Shown here: in pieces, positions 47,301-56,622 of the stretch
Layout of the letters: each line of letters opens with the position of its first letter
Numbering within the stretch: the stretch's first letter is position 1
NCBI GenBank assembly: GCA_977018835.1
Contig: OZ361256.1
Span: 5,518,001-5,582,000 of the forward strand
DNA length: 64,000 nucleotides
Direction: 5' to 3'
Origin: Minutocellus sp. GHC0000111
Lineage: Eukaryota
Position numbers and translations under genes: made by a program
Notes under the pieces: model-generated
Told to the model about the DNA's origin: nothing
Database searches by the model: none
The model's input: the letters and a program-made list of their open reading frames with translations, nothing else

Positions 47301-48564
47301 CCCAGCACGAATACTGGCAATGCTCTGGGCTGCCATCGCGACCCCACCAACTTTTTTCAGTGCCACAACGATTCCTGAACGCAAAGTTGTAGGCAGCGCA
47401 GGAATTTCCATGTTTCAGCATATGTTCTGTGGGGATGTTGGTACACGGTACACATGAATTCTCGGTAATTTCACCATCTCCAATGTTGACGCTGTCGGTG
47501 GTAACGCCGTCGGTGGTGACGCCGTCGGTGGTAACACTGTCGGTGGTGACGCCACCAGTAGCAGCAGAAAAATCTTGAGCAACGGGAGAAGTGGTGGGCG
47601 CCGAAGACGTCGGTGAGCTGGTCGCCGGAGCCAATGTCGTCGGTGCCGAGGTGACCGGAGCGGCTGAAGGCGATCCGGAATGGACCTCGGTGGGGCTAGC
47701 AGTTGGGCTTGCCGTCGTGGGAGCCGCCGAAGGCGATCCAGAATGGACCTCGGTGGGGCTAGCAGTCGGACTTGCCGTCGTGGGAGCTGCCGATGGCGAT
47801 CCAGAATGGACCTTGGTGGGGCTAGCAGTTGGACTTGCCGTCGTGGGAGCTGCAGTTGGACTTGCCGTACTGGGAGCAGGCGTAGGACTGGCCGACGGTG
47901 CCGCCGTGGTCGGTGCTACAGAGGGCATATCGGTGGGGCTGGACGTTACCGGAGAAGCGCTAGGGCTTGTCGTAGGGCTCGACGTGACGGGAGCAGCGCT
48001 CGGCTTATCGGTAGGACTGTCAGTTACAGGAGAGGCGGTGGGACTCTTGGTCGGCGAATCGCTCACGGGAGAAGCGGTGGGTCCAGCCGTCGGCGCATCG
48101 GTGACCGGTGCAGCCGAGGGCTTGGCGGTGGTTGGACTGGGCGTCGTGGGCTGGACGTAGTTGTCGGTTCCAATGCTCTCGTCGCATGGCAATCCCATCA
48201 CGGTCATACCGAGGAAGCAATCGCCATCGTTGGAAAAGGACGTTGGGCTGTTGGTCCCTTCCGCTCGGTTGTTCTTGCGGGCCTGGATCTTGTTCCACCA
48301 CGCATGATGCTCGCTGGTCAGAGAGCTGGAGAAGAGCTTTGGTACAGGATCAAGCAGCGAGTGATCGTGCTCGTGCTCTTGGTGATGAGCAGCACGCATG
48401 TCATTGTTTTCGTTGTTCTTGTTGTCAATGCCGGCGGCAATATTTCGTCGACGCAAGGTGTTGGCCGACAACGGATCAGCGACGGCGGCGGCAGTTGACA
48501 CATGCGCCAGAGCGACGGCGCCGAGCACGACGGCCAGGATCTGGTTGCGCTGGTAGGCGATCAT
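44381..48564 (-). CDS. Mucin-like type I membrane protein: SP, PT/SP repeats, two Cys-rich modules, acidic Gly/Thr repeats, TM, acidic tail (exons 48564-46161, 46041-44381)
   Basis: N-terminal signal peptide. An in-phase intron at 46160-46042 joins the 818-aa and 591-aa ORFs. TM helix YVIAAMTALSFVVFGTALFLY. Confidence 0.8.
46330..46720 (-). repeat. Coding repeats, ~75-bp units (TGDATEGADGSTTDGTGSEESAGTE-like)
   Basis: Repeated gtgccggcagactcttctgatccgg and ccatcggtggtgcttccatcagctccttc blocks. Confidence 0.85.
47640..47870 (-). repeat. Coding repeats, 63-bp units (SPTEVHSGSPSAAPTTASPTA)
   Basis: tggacc(t/c)..ggtggggctagcag recurs at 47681, 47744 and 47807. Confidence 0.85.
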
Positions 48565-49141
48565 ACTTCAACTTCCGTTCCGCCTTTGTTCTTCCCTTTC
48601 TACTCTACTTCCAATTCTATCTTGCTTTCGTTCGAAGATCTTGGCGGATTGGTACGACCAAGACGCCACAGAATGAAGGAATCAACTCTGAAACTCGTCG
48701 CCGATTCGACACGTGCTGGGATTGGCTTCTGGGACTTGACTTTTGCAAAAGGTTGGGGACAAGATACGATGTGATAAGCTTTCACCTATCGCCTCCTACC
48801 CCTCAAAGAGAGCAAACTGAACGAACTGCTGGGCTCGCTACTTTTGTTATGCTTTCAGATTCTACTTTTGGCGGAGGCGCGGCAAGATGCTGCGATACCA
48901 AATCAAACAAATCCCTTTTGGCACAGACCGTTTTTTCCAGCTCCCCTCCGGTGATGCACATGCAATTTCTTAAAGTACAAAAACCCATAACGCGTATTGC
49001 ATAACGTAACGTACGTGATCGTACGTACACCACACGGCTCGGCTCTGCGTCATTTCTTGACTTGGAGCCACGAAACCAACACATCTCGTGCCAAATACAA
49101 AGAGTAAAAGATACGAGCCCTCTTTCCACCAATACGTCACC

Positions 49142-50083
49142 ATGTCGGCCACGACTAACCCCAAGCTGCGTATTCTGGGCATGATGGCCGGCTCTCTCGC
49201 GGTGCCCGCCATCCCCGTCCTGGTATGGTGGAAATCGGCCACCGACGAACGCAATGCCCACGCCGAGGAGGTACGGACCAAGGTCCGAGTACCCAACGTT
49301 CAGACCATAGACGATCTCATGGTGGAAAAGTGCAAGGCCGGCGACGTCCTTCTGTTCGATCGGCGCTGCCACAAGTGTGCGGCGGGTCCTTTGGCGGCCT
49401 TTTCCTGCTTGGCTGGCCGCTCCCTTCTGTGCGGAGAAGACAAGGGCGCGTTCCGCAATATCGAGCAGGGACACTTTGACCACTGTGGCATCGTCGTTCC
49501 GGGAACTGCCAAGAATAAGGCCGATCGGTACGACCCGGCCAATTTGCTGCTGCTAGAGGCGACACCGTCGGAGGGCATCGTGGCTCGACCACTGCTGACC
49601 AGACTGGAAATGAGTCAATCCCGGTCGGTATTGCTTCTGCCTCTATCCTCACCTGGTGAGAGGCGTAATGATGAGGACTATGAGCCCAGTGACAAGACCG
49701 TGCGGGGGCAGGAACGAGTGGAGAAGCAGCTCGATGCCTTTCGACAAAAGTGGACGGATATTTCGACAAAGCAAGGGTATGCCAACGCACATTCAACACT
49801 GGGAATTATTGGGAGCATCGCGTACGCAATTGGGTTGCACCATTTAAGTCCAGGGCCGGTCAGTCCGAGCGCATGGCTAGTGGTATCGGCATTGCAGGAG
49901 GCAGGAGTTGGATTGAATGTGGCGGAACGAACGGCATTGGAAACCCGAGTGGAGGACTTCTTGAGAGATCACCGTTTCCACGAGGAGGATACCGTACGAT
50001 TACGTCCTGGATGGAAATTCTTGCCTCCTGAGAGAAACCGCCCGCTCTTGAGTGATGTGGTCGGTACTCTTTGCAATGATTGA
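49142..50083 (+). CDS. Permuted papain-like NlpC/P60 (YiiX/YaeF-like) fold protein with N-terminal TM, probably lacking the catalytic Cys
   Basis: KAGDVLLFDR, FDHCGIVV and LLLEAT..EGI match the permuted NlpC/P60 N-half. The expected C-terminal (F/Y)CSELV reads VSPSAWLV. Confidence 0.55.
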   Translation: MSATTNPKLRILGMMAGSLAVPAIPVLVWWKSATDERNAHAEEVRTKVRVPNVQTIDDLMVEKCKAGDVLLFDRRCHKCAAGPLAAFSCLAGRSLLCGEDKGAFRNIEQGHFDHCGIVVPGTAKNKADRYDPANLLLLEATPSEGIVARPLLTRLEMSQSRSVLLLPLSSPGERRNDEDYEPSDKTVRGQERVEKQLDAFRQKWTDISTKQGYANAHSTLGIIGSIAYAIGLHHLSPGPVSPSAWLVVSALQEAGVGLNVAERTALETRVEDFLRDHRFHEEDTVRLRPGWKFLPPERNRPLLSDVVGTLCND

Positions 50084-50187
50084 ATTCTTGGATTATACCT
50101 CAGTAACAATAGAATGCTACATAGACAGCAAATATATGTTTATTTTGTCTTTGTAACAACGTAAACTCCTACTTGCACTATTCTACA

Positions 50188-50938
50188 TCATTGAGCCAAC
50201 TCTTTCGTAAGCGAAGCAACAATCACCCCAAGAAACATAAGAGCTGATGTCACTACCACCGGATTATCACCCGAGTTCCATTTTGCGCTTTTGAGGATTG
50301 GAATAGCAGGTTCCTTTTGACGTCCAGCCTTGGAACCGGACTTTCTACCTTCGAGCCAGTCCGTAAAGAGCCATCGCTCGAAATCTCTTCCATCACTCTC
50401 AACAGGCTCTTCGCTGGTTTGCATGCTAGTAGCTGTAGCTGCGGATTCTTCCCCCTCTGCCAAAGATGATGCGCTGGTCGTAGGGGTGGAAGCAGCAGCA
50501 CCCTCCTCCAGCTCATCCAGATATTGCTTCACTTCACCCCTACTTTTGGAAATGGCCAGTTTGGTGCGAGAAATGGGCACCACCGAGTTGTTCCACACCA
50601 GCGCAGCAACGACGCATATCACCACGACGCCCCCCATCGCCGCCAAGCCCGACGTATCTGGCATGACCGGTTCGAATACCCGAACATCGGCTGCCGCATC
50701 GGTTGTTGCAATGGCAGCAGTGCTGCTGGTCAGAGCAGGTGAGAATGCATTGAGGGCATGAAGAGATTGTTGTTGCGGAATGTGCAATGGTCGTCTTGTG
50801 TTGGCCGAGTGACCTCCCAATCCTCGGCTGGTGGCAACTCCTTGGCCGCTGGGAACAAAGGCCGTCATGGTCATGGCCATGGTCGATGAGTGAGTCAGAA
50901 AATGAACAGAAAAGTAGAGCGAGGCTGCCGGGTGACAT
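50188..50938 (-). CDS. Probable plastid-targeted membrane protein (1-nt frameshift at ~50900)
   Basis: Removing one base from the A4 run at 50899-50902 gives the signal peptide MSPGSLALLFCSFLTHSSTMAMTMTA|FVPS. A transit peptide and two TM segments follow. Confidence 0.6.
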
Positions 50939-51025
50939 GGTTTCGCGTTCGAAATTCCGCGTTTCCGCATTTTTTGGCATGTACATGTATGTGTGCGAAG
51001 CACCAATCTCCCAAGTGCGTCAGAC

Positions 51026-54000
51026 CACGGTAGCCTCGTATCTACGTGAGTACGTACAGTAGTCCCGTTGGCGGACAGACGAAATGAAGGCCGCTCCTCT
51101 GCTCTCGCTCGCCCGCTCATTTCTTGACACCTCGACATCAGCCCAATGGCCGTCCTTCTTCTCGCACCGCTCTCAGGTACAAGATCTGGTGATACGCTAC
51201 ACAATACTAGGATATCGACGACTCAGAGTCACTGCTAGATATCTGTTGTCAATTTTTGTGTCGTCCGACGAAAGATACGCAGAATAACACATGTTATTGG
51301 GAGCTGTCGATTTCCTCGTCTTCCTCGTCATCTGTCACAACGAACACAACTGATCGACTGTTGCCTTCTCTCAGACAGCGTTCGTTCCACCAACATCGCA
51401 AGCACTTCATAATTCAAAGGACGGGCGTGCTTTGTTGGCGTTATTGTTAATGTCCTGGAGTTTCTGAGTCCAAAGTGGTACTGGAGTGACTTGAAAGTGA
51501 AAAGTAAGTTATCTTTTATAATTTGGACTTTCGAGTCGCTTGGTTGAGATGATCTTTTCAGGAGAGTGAACGTGCAACTTGTGGAGGGAGAGAAAGTAAT
51601 GTGGAATCATAGCATCGCATATATTGCATCGCTCGATGAGTATTACCTCGTCATCTTCATTGCCATGATTGTTGTGGTTGTCTTCTTCACCATCTTGATT
51701 TTCGTCATCATCGTCGTCATCGTCATCATCGCTATCGCCATCTGCTTGCTCTTGGTTGGCCTCATCTTCATTTCGTCTACTTTCCCTCAATGCCTTGCGC
51801 TCAGCTTTCTTATTCTCGTCAAATCTTTGTGTGGCAAGGAGCATATTCTTGATCCATTCACAGGTAGCAGGCTCCTGCGATCGTTCAAGCTCAAGGACGG
51901 CACTCTTGTCCTTCCTCCCTCCTCTCATTCCATAGAATCGACTTGCTAGCTTGTTCCATTTCGCATGGATGGCCTCCCCGCTTTCCTCGGCAACAATACC
52001 AATACTATTGTACTCCCTGGCAACGGCATGTAGATGCAATGCCGCAAGACAATGGAGCTTTACCATCTCTGGATACTTGAGTGGCTTCCTGAGTTGAACG
52101 GGGGGACTATCGACAAAGTCTTTGATCTTTCGAGGGATTTCAATGGAATAGGTGCGTACTTCTTCGATCTGCTCGTCGGTGAGAGCTTCACATGCCTTCA
52201 TGTGGCGTCCCAGTATCGCCCAGTCTTTCCAAATTGCCTTCATCTTCTCCACTAATGCCCTTCCAGCAATATTTTGATTTTCGTTTCCATCCTTCTCAAT
52301 TAATTTCAGAACTCGGTCGAATATCTTTTGGTACAACTTCATGAATTTGAAGCAATCACCGCCCACGAGGTCGTGGTGATATACTGTTTCATCGATCCCG
52401 GCTTCCTTTTTTGCTTGAAAGTATTCCCTCTCGGCAGGCCCGACCATCGTCTTGAGGATTTCATCAAGATCTTCCAGGGAATTCGATAATTGATCATACT
52501 GCTCGACAAGTTGTTGCATCTGGATGTTGCGATTGGCATCTGCAAACATGTGCTCATTATATTGTATCTTTTCCAGTAACTCAAGACTCTTTTCAATGGC
52601 ATTTGGACCGGTAATGTTTGCTATCTCGGCCTCCATTTCTTCATTGTCAAGGTTGGCATTGAGTTCTGCTGATGCGTCAATAATATCTTTCCGAACTTTT
52701 CGAATGTCTCTTATCATCTTCTCTCTTGCCTCTTTCAATGCATACTTTGTGTCCAGCTGGTCCTGGTCAGCGGATAGATCGTCAATGGCTTCGAGACAAC
52801 GGTTGATCCAGCTATTGAGCTTGGCGGTAATGCCAAGAATAATGTGCAATGGCATGCAAATGCATTTGCCAGGTTCGACATTCAGGATTGGTTTGCGACG
52901 AACGGAGCAGTTTGATTGGTGAGCCTCCGCTTCGTATGCTTTTCGTGCCTTTGGATTGCGCATGGTATTGGATGGCATCTCGCCCATTTTCCCAGCATAC
53001 TAGTGATAGTGCTCTGTTATGCTTTCCAACGTTCTCATAACTGCTTCTCCCTCCTCGAAATCATGGTATTCAGATTTAAGCATCTCGCACCACAGACAAG
53101 AGTACATCGCTGCCCCACCAACAAGACCAAAGGCTTCGAGTCATTCATCATGTTGGTCACACCTTTTAACACCGCACGAGCACTGCTCTTGTCCTTCTCA
53201 GACATTTCATTTATTCCACTCATGCATTGTCGAAGTCGCAGCTCCTCCTCTGTCTCCTCTTTGGTTCCCTTATCAGCAATTTCGCGCTTCTTTTTCTTGC
53301 GCTGGGGAGATCTGGTAGGAGAGGGAGGGGTTGGTTGTGATGGCTGCGTTGCCTGCAGGGCATGATTTGATATCGATTTGACAGCTTTGGTGACCCACCA
53401 CTCATCTGGAGGTTCGAGATCAGTTGAAATCTTGCTCGGTATGCGCGCCCCTTTCTCCAGAACAAAGACAAGAGTCTCTCTATCTTTCACAGACACACGG
53501 GATGTATCTACACCAAACAATGAACAAAATTCTTGCTCGCATCTCGTCCGTGACGTGCCGCCAGGGAAGATTGCATTGAGGATGCTATCAACACTCCACT
53601 TCTCACCAAGAATTTTCGTAAGGTTGCAGTAAGCATCAAGATACTTCTTTCCTCGCTCGCCGTTGCCAATGCTGATGCAAATAACAGTTCCACTATTACA
53701 ACCATCAACAGATCGGTCGTCTGCAGCCTCAATAAGCCCAAGAATGACCTTCTCGACGTGACTTGAACGACGGGGGGCACGACGATTAACATTGACGAGT
53801 TCAGAAAAAGCAAAATCATGAGAGGTGCATGTTCGTGATCACAGTCGAAAAAGAGGTGGCGCTATCGATGCAAAACGGTTCATGATATCATACACAAGGA
53901 AGCTGCATCCATAGCGCCACCTTTTCAACCTTGGAATGGTCTCAAATCGAGGCGAAGGTCGGGATGGGCGGCGGTTCCATCTGTCCTGGGCAGGAAAATC

Positions 54001-54304
54001 GTCAGCCACACATCGAGAGCGAAATGTCGATCAAAATTAAAGATCTCGGTACAACATGCACATGACTACTTACTTTGTACCTTTAGTTGCCCTGGAACGC
54101 TTGGAAGTTGTATCGCTCCTACTGCGGCGGCCGCAATCAGCGCCGTCGTTGCCTGTCTTGCGGCGCCTCATGGTGTTGGGAAAATGACGACGGATGGACG
54201 TTACAATAAGAAAATAGAGGATTTTTTATTTTCTTATGAATTTATTTTCTATTTTTTTATTCACCGACTTTCTACTGACGACTGTATACCACCAGGCTGC
54301 CGTG
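51026..54304 (-). mobile_element. Degenerate Chapaev/Transib(RAG1)-like DNA transposon, 3,279 bp
   Basis: Left end CACGGTAGCCTCGT versus reverse complement of the right end CACGGCAGCCTGGT (12/14 identical). AGAC directly flanks both ends (51022-51025 and 54305-54308). Internal transposase remnant. Confidence 0.8.
51509..53836 (-). pseudogene. RAG1/Transib/Chapaev-like transposase remnant (premature stop at 53002-53000; internal deletion or frame break near 53140)
   Basis: GLVGGAAMYSCLWCE...RTLESITEHY (CxxC at 53098-53087) is in frame with the 492-aa ORF. That ORF contains PLHIILG, KLHCLAALH, SIGIVAEESGEAIH and a C-terminal CxxC..H..H finger. Confidence 0.8.
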
Positions 54305-54522
54305 AGACGAGCAGATGGCCCGCCGATGAAGTCGATGGCGCCGGAAGCAAGGGAGACTAACAACACAAGCAAAGAGGCCACGGTAGCTATCCAAAGGAAT
54401 AAATAATTGTGACCTTTGCTTCATTCAATAGCCTCATCGCTCTCCAGGCACATCTTGTGCGTATTTCCGGGCTCTTTTGAGTCCTCGCCGCAACTTAACT
54501 TCGTCCACAGCGCCACACAAAA

Positions 54523-56533
54523 ATGCCAGGCCCTCGCACAAGCGACCAACAGAAGCGACGGCGGCGGCCGCCGATGGAGCCACCATCGCCGATGCCTGCG
54601 ACCGTCCCGCTTGCAGACCCACCTCAAAGGACGAGAATACACAGTCCCTATTCCAATGGTTTCTTTTTCGCATTTGCTTTGACAACCTGCCTAGCGGCGA
54701 CGTATCTTTCGGCTCGCGGTACCGCCGAAGCCTTTTCTCCCGATGGTTTGATGGCTGCCGGTAGCAGTTCGGTCAGAAGCAGCATACCTGGTGCTGTTTT
54801 CTCTCCCCTGATATTGCATGCGTCCAAGGACGACAGCAGCGGTGGCGGCGACGCCAAGGAAGATGGTGACAGCCGGGAAAAGAAAAATAGCGGTAGGAGG
54901 AAGCAGGGTTCGAACGGCGGCAAGCAGGGCAAAGCCAGCAGGGGCAGACGGAGGCCAGATGGCGGCAGCAGCATGAATTCCAACTCAACAGTTGTATCGA
55001 GTTCGCCTGGTCCGAACAGGCAGGGTGCCAACAATAACAGCAAACGACATCATAGACGGAGCAACAATCTGGCCAAGCGAGTGGCTCAGTTGGAGGGCAT
55101 CGTGGCCGGTCAGTCGGTAGAGATACGAAAGCTCCGAGAGGATGCCGCGATCTTCGACAGGCCGCCGCAACGTTTGCGCAGGTCGTGGAAATGCTCCGCG
55201 AGGCGGGGCTGTCGAGTGATAAGCTCGCGAAGGGCGAGGACGATCCCAACCAGAATCCCAAAAGCAATGGAGGAGATATCAACATCACATCGTCATCATC
55301 GTCCATGATGCCCCCCCGCCGCCGTCACCACCTGCATCTGCATCGATTTCCACTTCTCAAGGGTTGACATATGACTACTACGAAGATGAAGAAATATTTG
55401 GCTCAGCGCCTTCCTCCGTCATTGATGCGGCAGATGCCGCCGGTGCTGCCATCCTGGCCGCTCTCCTTGCCGGGAAGCAGCGGATGTTGGTGGATGTGCG
55501 TGACGCCGAGCTCAGTCGAGATCCGGACATCCTCGTACAATTCATCGACCTTGCAGTGCTTCCCGTTGCCGCCGGTTTGGAGGGCATCGAGGGTCTTCGC
55601 AACCGGGTCAAGATTGTGTTTCCCACTGTGTCGCAGCTCATGCAATATCGCAAGACGATGGCTCTAGCTGGGACGACCGATGTTCTAACCCTTAGCACTC
55701 TCGGCTTCGACCCCGTTCAGGAGCAAGACGGTCTTGTTGTCATTATTGCCCCCTCGCCCGACGACGAAGAAGGCATCGAGGCGATGAGTGAGCTTCTCTC
55801 GCCGTCTGATCCGAGCAATAAGATTTCACAGCCAGTGGTGGTTTTGAATCATCACATGGTTCCAGTGTCGGGAATCGCCCAGGACTTTTCTGTTGCATAT
55901 CACCTCCGTCTCTTGTCGGTTCAATACATGACGGGCGACATGACTCCAGAGTACATTGAGTTTCTCGAAAAGGAGAAGAAGGAACGACAAGCCAAGAAAG
56001 ACCAGCTCCAACAGAAGCTTGATGTTGATACTGAGGACGAAGAATGTAGCACTGAGGATTCCAAAAAAGCACAGGAGGACGAAAGCGAAGAAGCTCTTGA
56101 GGCTGCTATGAACAAGGCATCAGACCTTGGAGTCCATCATGGTATTACCCGTGCAATGGTCATTCGAGCCTATCCTCGGCCATGGCACGTATTTGTTGAC
56201 ACATCTCCGGACAGTGATGCCGACTTCGAAGTCGCCGCTACGTTCGATAAGGAGCCATCTCAGGACGAGGTGAACTACTCTATCGTGGAGTGCCTCGAGG
56301 GTAGCGAGACCGAAGATGAACTCGTCGCCCAACAAATGCAGGCGGCCTTAGAATCTGGTCAACTCAATCGAGTTTCAGAGATGCTGGATCGAGAGCCAAG
56401 CATCGAAATTGAAGACGGAGATGGCAATGGGAGCCAATCTGTTGAAACAAGCAGTGGAATGTCAGACGACGCCCAAGACGATGACGAAGACGACGATCTA
56501 TTTTATGATGACTTTGCCGAAGATAGCTTGTGA
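54523..56533 (+). CDS. Plastid-targeted DUF1995-like protein (two apparent frameshifts at ~55142 and 55310-55316)
   Basis: Presequence ending AEA|FSP. The coiled coil LRE[E]CRDLRQAAATF is restored by +1 nt. The domain reads PSSVIDAADAAG..LAGKQRMLVDV...PVVVLNH...RAYPRPWHVF. Confidence 0.65.
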
Positions 56534-56622
56534 CAATAAATCCAATATAATAGAAGAAAGTATTAAATGTAGCTATTGTTCAATCGCTTATCCACTAACT
56601 ACATGACATTTTCCCGCCAGGC

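Noticed and set aside
46330..47870. Regularly spaced repeats resembling a CRISPR-like array
   Set aside because: The repeats are in-frame coding units without unique spacers, in a eukaryotic gene, with no cas genes.
51063..51508. RAG2-like partner gene within the transposon
   Set aside because: There is only ~450 bp between the transposase stop and the element end, with short ORFs and no kelch or PHD pattern.
54378..54387. 10-bp direct repeat ccacggtagc (also at 51025-51034) as a MULE-type TSD
   Set aside because: The sequences just inside these repeats are not inverted repeats of each other. The CAC...GTG ends with the AGAC TSD explain the element better.
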